Virus record (IMG/VR): IMGVR_UViG_3300017716_001697
Location: 1-64,000 of that record
Reading direction: 5' to 3' (one strand)
Source: a virus
Lineage: Duplodnaviria > Caudoviricetes
DNA length: 64,000 bases
Part shown: positions 35,494-46,665 of the stretch, piece after piece
Layout of the letters: each line of letters starts with the position of its first letter
Numbering within the stretch: the first letter of the stretch is position 1
Position numbers and translations under genes: made by a program
Notes under the pieces: generated by a model
Database searches by the model: none
What the model was told of the DNA's origin: nothing
Seen by the model: the letters and a program-made list of their open reading frames with translations, nothing else

Positions 35494-36538
35494 TGAGAGA
35501 ACACGAAATAGAACAAATATTGAAGTGGGTAGGATTTTATCCAGGTGCATTGATAACAGAACAAATGCTCCGCGATGCGATTGACTATGCACACAGAATG
35601 GGATATACAGATGGCTCGCAGTAAGAAACCTACACGAATTGATAAACTTATTGAAAAATGCACGACAACGCATGTCGAATATTTTGATGGTCGCGGCAAT
35701 GTATCTACAACATCATTTGATAAAGAGAAATTTGCTAAGTTAATAATCAAAGAAACTTTAGAGCAAGTATCTGAGCGAACATACGGGCGCGGCGAAAATC
35801 AATGGTATTATAAAGACGACGAAAGATGGATTAAATTACATTTTGGATATGGAGAGTTGGCAAAATGAAACTTGATAAAGAATTTGTACACGAATGCGAA
35901 CGTGGCCAACTTTGGTACAAAGATGATGCGGGCAACCACAGTCTACAATATTTGTTTAGAAAACACGGAATGATGGATCTCTATATGGCAGTTATCGAGC
36001 CGTACAACATGTATAGGTGGTATCCGTCTGAAATTTTTAGAGCCATTGAACTCCACACCGGCCGCGCAACAGAATTGTTAGATGCATTCAAAGATTCGCC
36101 TGTTGATTGTTCCGGTTGCGTTACTGTAGCCAAAGTCGATGATACAGACATTGTCTACCGTTTAGAAAAACGTGCAGAAATACGCAGACAGATAGCAACA
36201 CGTAAAAGTGTTCAAGAAGGGAAACCAGATCGTATTGCAGATTTATTAGAGGATGCGGCAAAAGAAATTAAAGAATTGCGTGAAAAGATAACCGGGTTAT
36301 ACGAAGATGCGGCAGGAGCAGATTTATGAAATATCATTCGTGGGATATAGATGAGCCGATGTATGTTAGTATTAAACACACGGGTGTTGAAGTTATGAGA
36401 ATATCTATATGTGAAATCATCGAAAATTGTAAACGACAAGATGTAATGCGCCACGTAAAAGAATGTGATAGAACACCTTGGTTGACACACTGGGGTGCTG
36501 ATGATGAAATAGTGGATATATTGAAGGGCATAAAATGA
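35490..36538 (+). CDS. Four coupled hypothetical ORFs (35490-35624, 35611-35868, 35865-36329, 36326-36538)
   Basis: Overlapping start/stop codons. Confidence 0.6.
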
Positions 36539-36729
36539 ACAACACATGGACAACGACAACAGAAGAAGACGCTGATGGCAATGTAATATTGACATTACCA
36601 GAAGAAATGCTAAAACAAGCTGACTGGCGCGAAGGCGATGACTTAGATTTTCAAGTCAATGCAGATGACACATGTACCATTACCAATCTGACATGGCAAA
36701 AGAGACAAGATGAAGGTAAGGTTGCATAA
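36535..36729 (+). CDS. AbrB/MazE/SpoVT-like DNA-binding protein
   Basis: DGNVILTLPEEML...WREGDDL. Confidence 0.7.
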   Translation: MNNTWTTTTEEDADGNVILTLPEEMLKQADWREGDDLDFQVNADDTCTITNLTWQKRQDEGKVA

Positions 36730-36770
36730 ATAGTAGTCTTGCATTATAATTAATGCTTAGTAAGTAATTA

Positions 36771-36855
36771 GCCCCTTTGGCGGAATTGGTAGACGCGACG
36801 GATTTAGGTTCCGTTATCGAAAGGTGTGAGGGTTCGAGTCCCTTGGGGGGCACCA
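36771..36855 (+). tRNA. tRNA-Leu(TAG), canonical long arm
   Basis: Loop TTTAGGT, variable arm. Confidence 0.92.
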
Positions 36856-36860
36856 AGTTT

Positions 36861-37112
36861 AAGAATGGCCGGTAGGGCCCGATCGATACAGTGAATTATG
36901 TAATGTGTAAGTATCCATAAGGCATATCGGATATCCTCCGAGGGCTTGCATATTATATCAGCCATGGGGCCAAGTGGACTCTGCAAACGGTTTGCTTGGT
37001 GAGGTGGACAGTGGGAATAATTGGCCCACACTAGCATTATGCGTTCGGCCACGCATGCGCGGACATCGATGCTATAGTGTCACAACGTGAAAAAGCGATT
37101 TTAGCCATTCTT
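36861..37112 (+). ncRNA. Unassigned structured RNA
   Basis: AAGAATGGC/GCCATTCTT closing stem around several hairpins; no ORF. Confidence 0.35.
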
Positions 37113-37272
37113 ATTTTAGTTTGTTATCTGGGATCAGTATACCGCTATATTTAATTTAATGATATATGTGGAAGCGGTGAGAGTTCGCTTTGTTGTAGGG
37201 TTTTCCCTTACAGAGTTTTGCCGAAGAACACACAAGGGATCCGGAGTTCGGCCGTTTTATTAGAAAGTTTAT

Positions 37273-37714
37273 ATGGAATTTTATAGTAGCAACCTATTAA
37301 CTGCGTTATCCATTGCGATGCGTAAGGCTCGCGAAGAGGAAGCTAAGAGCGGTTATACACGCGATTCTGGATTCGTTGGTGGATTACAGGAATTGTATGA
37401 CGCCATTGAAGCAGGTGACGATATTATTATGTTGAAGAAATAGCATGGCCTGGCCTGATAATTTAAATCATGTATATTGCTCGGGGTTTGATAAGAAGCA
37501 TTTGCCTATTATTAAACAAGCAATAGAGGATAAGAATATAACATGGGGCGAAGTCAGTTTATTTGCATCAGCATGCTCGGCTAAATTTGTGTGGTCTGGC
37601 CGTACATGGCAGTTAGAAGAAAGTTTCGAAACAGTAACGAGTATAATACTTATTAGCACAAAACCAAAAATGACAGATGAAGATTTTACAGCAGCAGTGC
37701 TGAAGGGTAGATAA
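37273..37714 (+). CDS. Two small hypothetical ORFs (37273-37443, 37445-37714)
   Basis: Adjacent ORFs with protein-like composition. Confidence 0.55.
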
Positions 37715-37734
37715 ATAAGTTTTTAAGAATAATT

Positions 37735-37813
37735 CGGAGCGTAGCTTAGTTTGGCTTAAAGCGCCTGCTTTGGGAGCAGGAGATCGTGAGTTCGAATCCC
37801 ACTGTTCCGACCA
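37735..37813 (+). tRNA. tRNA-Pro(TGG)
   Basis: Loop TTTGGGA, C1-G72. Confidence 0.92.
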
Positions 37814-37974
37814 ATCTTCGTCTAGCATGTAACGTTAACATATGCCGGTGGCTATAGCACTGTTAATAATGGATAGCGCAGCTAATATCTGTGAGGAAAA
37901 CTGTTCGGCAGATGGAGCCGTCAGGCTGTATCTTAAGAAATTACAGTTATATACTAACATGAAAGAAAATAATA

Positions 37975-38247
37975 ATGAAAATTAATGTAGCACATATTTT
38001 GGTACCGACACTTAAAGAAGCATCGGATTTGTTAGTAAAATTGCAGGCAGGTGAGGATTTTGGTAACTTAGCTAGGCAATATAGTAAGTGCCCAAGCGGC
38101 GCCACCGATGCAGGTAATTTGGGATTCTTTGGCCCTGGTCAAATGGTGAAGCAGTTTGAAGATGCTGCATATGCAACATCGGTGGGTAACATTAGTTTGC
38201 CAGTGCAAACACAGTTCGGTTATCATTTGATTAAACGACTGTATTGA
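37975..38247 (+). CDS. ppiC: Parvulin-type peptidyl-prolyl isomerase
   Basis: HILV...FGNLARQYSKCPS...GNLG...MVKQFE...QTQFGYHLI. Confidence 0.92.
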   Translation: MKINVAHILVPTLKEASDLLVKLQAGEDFGNLARQYSKCPSGATDAGNLGFFGPGQMVKQFEDAAYATSVGNISLPVQTQFGYHLIKRLY

Positions 38248-38476
38248 ACTTAGGGACGGTTAGTCGAAAGACGCCCTAATCTTTATCTCTGGGGGTCAGA
38301 GACGTAGTTTGCTAACGAGAATGGCATACGAATGATAGGTCGTGAGACTATCTTGATCTCGCTTAAGATCCGAATCTTAGAGACCTGTTATAATTGGTCA
38401 TATGAACAGCTGACACGCAAGTGACGTAAGCAGTCTAAGCAATAAGGTTAACCACCTATAGCCTAATTTAAATAAT

Positions 38477-39085
38477 ATGTTTGATAAAATAATTACTGAA
38501 ATAGATAACTTATTGCTGAATTATAAGACAATAGGTATATTTGTGTCTGGTGGATTTGACAGTGCAATGCTATTATATCTCATGCACGAAGAAAGAGTAC
38601 GACTAAAGACACAAAACGTCTTTGAATTTTTTACTGTTCCACGATATGATGATTCTCGGATACATGCAGAAAGAATTATAAATTTCATTGATAAGAAATT
38701 TAATAAAGGCCATACAGCATGGTATGTATTAGGAAACCCCGATGCGCATCACACACAGCAGGTTAGCAGCGGTGTTAGAGCTGTATTAGCACGATATCCG
38801 TATATAGAGATTATAGTAACTGCTGGAAACAACACACCGGATGAAGTGCCTAATGGGCCAATTCGCCCACACCCGTCTATACATCCGAAGATGCGTAAAC
38901 CATTCTTTGACTATACTAAGGATGTTATAGTACAATTATGTATAGACAAGGGGTTGACCGAAATAATGGAATTATCTCATACTTGTACTGAGTCAACAAC
39001 ATTACGATGCAATGTGTGTTGGCAATGTAGAGAGCGAGCATGGGCATTTGAGAAATGTAAATATGTTGACCCCGGAACAATGTAA
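38477..39085 (+). CDS. QueC-like PP-loop ATPase
   Basis: VSGGFDS; SHTC...RCNVCWQCRER. Confidence 0.7.
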   Translation: MFDKIITEIDNLLLNYKTIGIFVSGGFDSAMLLYLMHEERVRLKTQNVFEFFTVPRYDDSRIHAERIINFIDKKFNKGHTAWYVLGNPDAHHTQQVSSGVRAVLARYPYIEIIVTAGNNTPDEVPNGPIRPHPSIHPKMRKPFFDYTKDVIVQLCIDKGLTEIMELSHTCTESTTLRCNVCWQCRERAWAFEKCKYVDPGTM

Positions 39086-39354
39086 AGGATTTTAGGTAAC
39101 AGGCAGCGAAGAAAGAGATACGCCGGTGAACATGTGGGCAGAAAGATAAATCTAAACCCACCCTATGTTGTCTTTCTTAGAGTATCTCCTCCTGAATGTC
39201 GGGAAAATGCGCAAAAAAGTCACACCGTGAGGATGTGGCGGGAGCGTGGCAAGGTTTGGCTAAGTAACGTAGGGATGAACTCCTACCGAAAACCGTTTGA
39301 GCCACGCCGGTAACTAGATGACCGGTTAGCAAGACATTCACCTAAATTTTTATT

Positions 39355-41175
39355 ATGCACTTCTACATAGACGAACAATATCTTACCAGTATATATGTAC
39401 GTACAGATCATCCTATACAGAAACGTAAGAACGAATCTAAAGCAAGCTTTCTTGTGCGAAAGCTAAAGGAATCTGGCCCACCTGCGTATTCTATCGGGAC
39501 AGCAGATCATCCTGAATTTGCTAAATTGAGAGAAGAGCTCGGGGCACAAGGGTATATACACATACAACGTGGTTGGTGGAATGGTGACAGCGTATTAAAA
39601 CCATTCTGGTTAAATGGCCGTTACTTTAAATTGCATGAACAATTTAGTTGTGGTGCCGCAATGCACTTCACAATAACACATCCATATGATGAAGCTACAT
39701 AGTCATTCATACCCCGGTACACCATTTAGTATCGAAGCAGAGTCGGTGGAAAATGCGCCAGGTACCTGGGCTTCCACAAAAATTTCTATATTCCGCAATG
39801 ATGTATTAATTGGTGAATATCTTAGAAATTACAGTAGTCACGGAGTCCTGACATTTCATCCGTTCGTCATTGACAATCAATGGTATGCATTATATAGTGC
39901 GAACTATACGACAACTCGTGTAATGAAATTGCACGATGATTGCATCGAGGACTGGTGTGGCCAGGATGCATTACCTAACGGGTTCTGTCCTATTGAGCTA
40001 TATGTGCCACGCTATAAACGTATTCACGACAGCATTTCTAGAGATGATGGCACTACCTATGAATACAATTATTCTTATGTAGACTGCGATTTTAAGACTG
40101 AGGCAGAATTTGAACAATCTGTTAAAGACGATGGCGAAGCAGCTGAAACACAGTATTGTAATTTTGGATTCATGTGCGGATGTATCTGGGGCGATGATTC
40201 TAGTTGGAAAATTAGATATATCGATCTATCAAGAATACCAAACAAAGAATTAATTATAACTGAAAAATTCGGTCATTGGGAAATGCCCAACAATTTAACA
40301 TTGAAAGAATGCATAGACATGTCGAACTGGGATTTAGATGAGCCCATAATCAGATTGGCAAAAGCTGAATACTTCGACCTCTCCAGATAAGTATGTTAAC
40401 AGTAATATGTGGTAATGGCGGCGATTACGAATGGGAGCGTGATAAATTTCTGTGGAGAACTTGGATCGAACAGAATGTAACATTAACGGGATTCGACATA
40501 GGAACAGATATGCTATGCGCAGCCGACCAAGCCAGTATTATATTTGACGATCCAGCGTTTGAGATAATATTTAAATTAAAAGCACCTATGTGGATAAGTT
40601 TTAGAGATGTAGATTTAACTGAGGTATCAGAGACAAAATGAATATAATTTATGAAGATGACTACGGTACAGAAATATACAGTAGAGAATTAACAGTAGCA
40701 ATAGCGCCGCAGCCCGGCGATACCGTAGTAATTGATGACGAAGATTATAGGGTAAAATCTAGAGCCTTCTATCCTTCAAACGATACACTTGTTGTCACTG
40801 TTACTCAAAATATGGTTAGGTCTGGTGTAACTGAAAATGCTGATAGCGGTAGACACAATGAGATGAAGCATGCTATACTTGCGTTAAGTAAAAGGCAAGA
40901 TGCATCTGAAAAGAAGAATCGTGCATTAAACGAACAAATTGTTACAGTCAGAAAACATGTAAACCAACAAATACGTAAGGATACCAAAGATGGCAACACC
41001 TGATAAGAATTATAGAATGTCTCGTTCCGCAAAAACAAAGATTGCATTGATGTGCAAGAATTCGCAAGAACGAAATCATTTGAAACGTATGTTGATTGAT
41101 GCAGAACTTTCTGCAGAAGCAGCACGTAGAGCTTCGTTGAAGTCTAAGGGAAATAAAACCAAAGACGGTGAGTGA
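39355..41175 (+). CDS. Five coupled hypothetical ORFs (39355-39702, 39686-40390, 40393-40641, 40638-41003, 40990-41175)
   Basis: Tightly packed same-strand ORFs. Confidence 0.65.
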
Positions 41176-41463
41176 AGATTAATGGAATAAGTATGCTAAA
41201 TGGTCTAGAACATTTAACCGCCGAATCTAAACAAATAAACACAGATTCTTACTTAATTCTATTACTTAATAACAAATGAGAACGTATACTAGATGCTGTA
41301 TATGCATGTAGTCTTATAATAATACTAAGCTGGTATATTATTCTACTAAAATTTGTTATGTGATAAATAAACTTACAGTATGCGCTACAATAACCGCCAA
41401 AGTATAATATGCAGACGGACGTAAGCCAGAGTATAAATGATATATCCTACTGTAAAAATTAAT

Positions 41464-41539
41464 GCTGATATGGCGCAGTTGGTAGCGCACATCTTTGGTA
41501 AAGATGAGGTCATCGGTTCGACTCCGATTATCAGCACCA
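41464..41539 (+). tRNA. tRNA-Thr(GGT)
   Basis: Canonical; loop TTGGTAA. Confidence 0.93.
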
Positions 41540-41697
41540 TAAATGCAATCAACAAATCAGCATTCAAAGATTTGTTTCTATGACGGTTTGTAAGTGTGTT
41601 AACGATCAGAGTTCACCGTCCTTGCTCTGATGTTGGATGAAGAGGGTGTGCTGGTACCACACGTATAAGACCTTAACACGTAACCAACAGGATTTAT

Positions 41698-41775
<78 letters not shown>

Positions 41776-41796
41776 ATAACAAAGTTAAGTAATAAT

Positions 41797-41880
41797 GCGA
41801 GCGTGGTGGAATGGGATACACGATGGTCTAAGAAGCCATTGCCGCAAGGATTGAGAGTTCGAGTCTCTCCGCTCGCACCA
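41797..41880 (+). tRNA. tRNA-Leu(AAG)
   Basis: ATGGT-CTAAGAA-GCCAT; long variable arm. Confidence 0.85.
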
Positions 41881-41885
41881 TCGAT

Positions 41886-43125
41886 ATGTCACATACAATT
41901 CAGTCAAGTCTAGATTGGTCACGAGTAGAAGCTGATCTAATGCATCAAACATACGGATTAAGATATAGAGACGATGTATGTTCCATGATACACAATATTC
42001 AGTATTCGATCACCGAATTATCTAAGGCAGAAGTGGAAGCACGCCACGGTCGCCCTCACAAAGCACGAGAATTATTAGTTAAGGTCAACCAAGACATAGA
42101 GATGGTTGAGAGTTATATTCTCGTCGCAGCCCTAATTGGCAAGGCTTGACAAAAGTATAGCGTCCGCTTATACTGAGTCACAGGCACTAACGCCTATATA
42201 TATTATGCAAAATTACAAAAGGAACGTTATGAACGCAATCAAAATGAACAGGCTTGAGCTGCTAGAAATTGTGCAAGCAAACATGCTCAAACACACAACG
42301 GAATTCACTGAATCCGTTGTTGATTACAAGGCGCTGGTGTTGCAGGTTTGCACAACTAATCTCACATTGGCCACCACAGCATCCTTGACTGAATTTGCTA
42401 AAATCAAAGCAATGCCTACTACACCAGTTTCGTATGAATCGAGCTATAAACGCGCCATTCGTATGCTGGAGTTGTCGGTAGACGAAATCATTGAAGTAGA
42501 AGAAGATGTCTTCAATCAATTGGTGTTAGACGAGTGGGATTGGAAACGTAGTTTTACCGCTAGTACAATGTCGTACAAAGTCGGTAACGCATTTTAACAT
42601 TTAAGAAAGATCATCATGGAATTTATTATTGGATTTTTGGCAGGATACATGTTGACATGGCCGGCATTTATTGTGCTATGCATTCTCGGTATCATCTTCG
42701 AAGCAAATGAGGCCCACGGCTGGGCAGTGTTTGTCGGTATGGTCACTGCCACAGTTGCATATTTCTTCTTCTCGTTATCACTTGCGGCAATTGCACTATA
42801 TGTAGCGGCATATTTTGCTGTAGGATTTATGTGGAGTTTCTGGCGATACAAACGTCATTGCGATAAGATTGTTGAAACTTACAAAGATTCTTCGAGCCAG
42901 CGCGATAAAGACGTTGCAATTGAATATATGCGCCCCACACGTATGCTGAATAAGATTACGACATGGGTTATTGTGTGGCCCTTTAGCATGATTGAAAATC
43001 TGGTTGGCGACATTATCAATGTTATTCAATCGGCAATCACTAAGTTCTTCAAGGGTGTCTATACACGTATCTTTGATAGCGCAGCAAGCAAATTGTCTGC
43101 ACCAGTTGTAACTACTGCGGAGTAA
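41886..43125 (+). CDS. Three hypothetical ORFs (41886-42149, 42229-42597, membrane protein 42616-43125)
   Basis: RBS-preceded ORFs; last has several TM helices. Confidence 0.65.
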
Positions 43126-43126
43126 T

Positions 43127-43528
43127 ATGGTAAACAGCAAACAGGTTCTTGTGATGAAGAAATTCCCTAAGGCACTAAACATGCCTGTTGGGAAGTATGT
43201 ATCCCAGGGTGCCCACGCGAGCTTGGGTGCTGTCCTTAAAATGGGTAAATTGGACGAGTACGGGGATAATCTAATTATTCCATTGTACAACGTCTTTGTA
43301 CGCGATTGGTTGTTAGGTAGTTTTACAAAGGCTACTTTGTATGTGGAAACTGATGAAGAATTAACTGCATTATACCATGCTGCAAACAGCGCAGGATTAC
43401 CTACTGCACTTATTACTGATTCGGGCCGTACCATTTTTGCCGGTGTGCCGACTATGACTGCGGTAGGCATTGGCCCAGGCAGCGTAGAAGAGATTGATAA
43501 GATTACTGGTCATCTTAAATTGTTTTAA
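43127..43528 (+). CDS. Peptidyl-tRNA hydrolase Pth2
   Basis: KQVLV...GKYVSQGAHAS...ITDSGRT...TAVGIGP. Confidence 0.88.
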   Translation: MVNSKQVLVMKKFPKALNMPVGKYVSQGAHASLGAVLKMGKLDEYGDNLIIPLYNVFVRDWLLGSFTKATLYVETDEELTALYHAANSAGLPTALITDSGRTIFAGVPTMTAVGIGPGSVEEIDKITGHLKLF

Positions 43529-43586
43529 CCATTTGCTATTTTTAGTAACACACAGTACATTTACATTGTCTCAGAAAGGACATATT

Positions 43587-44393
43587 ATGAACATTGAAGA
43601 ACTTGACGCTAAGAAGGCGAAATTGAAGAAGTGGCTAACTGTAGGCGGTATTGCGGTAGTAGGCCTAATTGTTAGTCCTATTATTTTCCTGTCAATCCAG
43701 GGACTAATCGGTCTTGCAATTGCAGGCGCAGTAGGTTTTACGGTAGTAAGTTTTGCACCTGTATTCGCAACAATGGTCACTAATGCAAAATACCGCGCAC
43801 TGGATGCAGAGAAGGTCCGTCATATCGAAAAGATTGCAGCAGCAGCTGACAAGAATCCTATCGAGACATTGCATGCATTGTTGATTGCTAAGAAGGCAGC
43901 ATTCCAAGATTTCAAGGCATCAGTTGAACAGGCAGTAACAGCTCGTGCAAACTTTAAGACCAAAGTTGCTAAGTTTAAGGAGAAGTATCCTGCTCGGGCA
44001 AACGAGTTCGAAACTCAGCTGGCACGAATGACTGATTTGGTAGAACGCAAGAAGGTGGCATTAGTAGATGCACAGAAGTCGTTAGCAGACGGCGATATGA
44101 AGCTTGAAGAAATGCAGGCATATTACGAAATGTCTAAGGACGCAATTGAGGCAAATCGTGCGGCAGGTATGGATACGGGCGACGCGTTCGAGAAGCTTAA
44201 AGCTGATACAGCATGTGATGCAGTGTTTGAATCAATGAATCTGGCATTTGCTCAACTTGAAGTAGCAGCAGCATTAGATGTAAATCCAGATGACACAGCA
44301 GTTAAACCTGCAGTACAATTAGCACATAGCGATGCAAATGTATTAGACATTAATTCGCTTACTGTTCGCAACACACAGAAAGTGAATGTATGA
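43587..44393 (+). CDS. Membrane-anchored coiled-coil protein (PspA-like architecture)
   Basis: Two N-terminal TM helices, long coiled coil. Confidence 0.65.
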   Translation: MNIEELDAKKAKLKKWLTVGGIAVVGLIVSPIIFLSIQGLIGLAIAGAVGFTVVSFAPVFATMVTNAKYRALDAEKVRHIEKIAAAADKNPIETLHALLIAKKAAFQDFKASVEQAVTARANFKTKVAKFKEKYPARANEFETQLARMTDLVERKKVALVDAQKSLADGDMKLEEMQAYYEMSKDAIEANRAAGMDTGDAFEKLKADTACDAVFESMNLAFAQLEVAAALDVNPDDTAVKPAVQLAHSDANVLDINSLTVRNTQKVNV

Positions 44394-44533
44394 AAGAACG
44401 CTTAATTGGATTTATTTTTGTAATTGCTGTATTGTCAGCATTGTTTATGTTAACCGGCGGTGACACAGACAACAAACAGACAAAACCGCTACAAACTCAA
44501 CCACAAACAAAATTTAACTTTTAAAGGACACAC

Positions 44534-45475
44534 ATGAAAAAACTTATCCTGACTTCGCTTCTTGCATTGTCGAGTCTCGCAATGGCAGCACCAGCATCAG
44601 ATGGCCCAGCCGCTGAATGTGATGGTGTTAGCGTAGCAACTGGCCCTAAAGGCAAAGGCTATTCCTTACTATTTGCAGACGTTGCTAAAGTCTGTGGCGC
44701 CAAGGTTAATCTCTGCGAAGTTAACACAGCAGGTGGCCTTGACAATTTGAACGCATTGTCTACCAAAGACGCTGATATCGGATTTGTTCAAGTTGACGCT
44801 TGGGCTGATATGAAGAACGGCGATGAAAATATCGCAGCATTGCAAGCTGTGATGCCTGTGAACAGTAATTATCTGCATGTCATTACAGCAGCTAACGGAT
44901 TCTCAGTAGTTGGCGAAAAGAAGTTTGGATTTATGAAAGGTGACTCTAAGCAGGTTGTTATTTCTAGATTTTCCGAACTGCGTGGACAGACCGTTGCATT
45001 GGTTGGATCTGCGCAATTGCTAGGCCGTAAGCTCGATAAGCAACTCGGGTATGGTATGCAATTCGTTGATGCGAAAGATGATGGCTCTGCATTTGAAATG
45101 GTGAAGCAAGGTACAGTTGCAGCGGCATTCACAGTGTCTGGATGGCCCAGCGGTACGGTGAAGGTACTTACTCAGGCAAGTGGCCTAACTATGATTCCGT
45201 TTGATGCACCAATCGGCGAACCATACAAAGTCAAACCACTGAACTACAAGAACCTGGCTGTATACAACAGCAATGCATTGGGTGCACCTAACGTATTAGT
45301 TACCCGTCCGTTTACCGGGCAACGTGCTTCTAATATTGCAACCATTCAATCATGCATTACGCAGAACCTAAGCGAGTTGAAGGAAGGTAAATTTCAGCCA
45401 GCATGGAATGAAGTATCTGCTAATAGCTCGACAGGCGGTATTACACCATTCAAAGCCCCGTCAGGTAAGAAGTAA
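44534..45475 (+). CDS. TAXI-type periplasmic solute-binding-like protein
   Basis: Signal peptide; ATGPKGKGY...GGLDNL...DIGFVQ.D. Confidence 0.7.
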   Translation: MKKLILTSLLALSSLAMAAPASDGPAAECDGVSVATGPKGKGYSLLFADVAKVCGAKVNLCEVNTAGGLDNLNALSTKDADIGFVQVDAWADMKNGDENIAALQAVMPVNSNYLHVITAANGFSVVGEKKFGFMKGDSKQVVISRFSELRGQTVALVGSAQLLGRKLDKQLGYGMQFVDAKDDGSAFEMVKQGTVAAAFTVSGWPSGTVKVLTQASGLTMIPFDAPIGEPYKVKPLNYKNLAVYNSNALGAPNVLVTRPFTGQRASNIATIQSCITQNLSELKEGKFQPAWNEVSANSSTGGITPFKAPSGKK

Positions 45476-45535
45476 TTCTTACTAACCCACAGACGCCACT
45501 TGCATGCAAGTGGCGTCGTCACGTATAATGCATGT

Positions 45536-45982
45536 ATGGGCAAATTAATTACATTTAGTGAACTTAAAGAAAACGAGGGGCATCTAGTGCCGTGGTATTT
45601 CACTGATGCATATTATTCGGGTTATTCATCTCAGGATAGAGGGTATAAATTTAAATGGCCCAGCGAAGAGTTTCCATATTGTGTAGGAATACACGAAGAT
45701 GAAATAAAAACTAATAAACCGACTATTCGTAAATGGATTGAGCAGTACATACATGGGACTGTTATATATTCGTATGTAAGTAAAAGCTATAGAGTATGGT
45801 GGAGTAGTGACAAGGATAAAAGAAGTTGGGATTACACCTCTGAGATTATCAATAATTGGGAGTTATTTAATTTCGAGGATAGTGAATCTGCATTAGCATT
45901 TTCTTTGAGATTTAGTGATCTAGTTAGGGAAGTAACTGACGATCATCCTACCAAACACTACGGAGAAAGGTATGTGCGATAA
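45536..45982 (+). CDS. Hypothetical protein (same C-terminal pattern as 33790 family)
   Basis: FNFEDSESALAFSLRF. Confidence 0.65.
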   Translation: MGKLITFSELKENEGHLVPWYFTDAYYSGYSSQDRGYKFKWPSEEFPYCVGIHEDEIKTNKPTIRKWIEQYIHGTVIYSYVSKSYRVWWSSDKDKRSWDYTSEIINNWELFNFEDSESALAFSLRFSDLVREVTDDHPTKHYGERYVR

Positions 45983-46410
45983 TGTTTATTTTTTATAAAG
46001 AATTAACTCTGGACGAAGGCTTTGCTGTATTGGCAAAAGGTCGCGATGATAGAGAAGTAGATGGTGTGAAGATTTCTGCACCTAGCGGGGTTGCATTGTG
46101 GAAGACCTGCAATGAGGCAAATGTTAAAATGAAGTGCTGGTGTTGCGGTGTTGAGGCAGATCGGTTCATAGTTAAGCATCACAAAAACGATCGCAATAAA
46201 CCACCTGTTTTAGAACTATTTGCACACACAAAACACGCATTAGTAATGATGACACGGGATCATATTGTGCCTGTTAGCTTAGGTGGACACAACGATGTTG
46301 AAAACTTGCGCCCTGCATGCGAACCATGTAATAACAAGCGCAAGAACAAAATGGACACTGTAGATCAAGAGTTTATGGATAAGAATACACATCTTTGGAG
46401 TAAGAAATAA
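45982..46410 (+). CDS. HNH endonuclease
   Basis: DHIVPVSLGG...NLRPACEPCNNKR. Confidence 0.85.
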   Translation: MFIFYKELTLDEGFAVLAKGRDDREVDGVKISAPSGVALWKTCNEANVKMKCWCCGVEADRFIVKHHKNDRNKPPVLELFAHTKHALVMMTRDHIVPVSLGGHNDVENLRPACEPCNNKRKNKMDTVDQEFMDKNTHLWSKK

Positions 46411-46664
46411 TGGGACACTACGATAGCAGCTACGAAGCTGATGACGAAAGAATCGCTAAGAATAATTTACGGGCCGAAATGACAGCCAAGCGAAAATTGA
46501 TTAACGATATACGAATATTGCAAAATCAAATTATGAAGGCGAGCCACAGTGCACCTGTCCCTGACAGATTTGTTTGGTCGTTAGAGGATTTTGAACGCTG
46601 GGCAAATGAGGGCCTTGAGGAATTTGAAGAAGAACAAGTTGTAAAGAAATTAAAAGGTAAATGA
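46410..46664 (+). CDS. Hypothetical protein
   Basis: Coupled ORF. Confidence 0.6.
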   Translation: MGHYDSSYEADDERIAKNNLRAEMTAKRKLINDIRILQNQIMKASHSAPVPDRFVWSLEDFERWANEGLEEFEEEQVVKKLKGK

Positions 46665-46665
46665 T

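Noticed and set aside
38477-39085. 7-deazaguanine DNA-modification pathway
   Set aside because: Only a lone QueC-like gene; no FolE, QueD, QueE or DpdA in the window.
39091-39346. Second RNase P RNA (contains CTAGATGA)
   Set aside because: No CR-I or CR-V sequences and no P4 pairing.
42796-43470. 224-aa minus-strand ORF
   Set aside because: Antisense shadow of the Pth2 and membrane-protein genes; no recognisable motifs.
45982-46410. HNH gene as an intron-borne mobile element
   Set aside because: Translationally coupled to neighbours with no interrupted host gene or intron structure.
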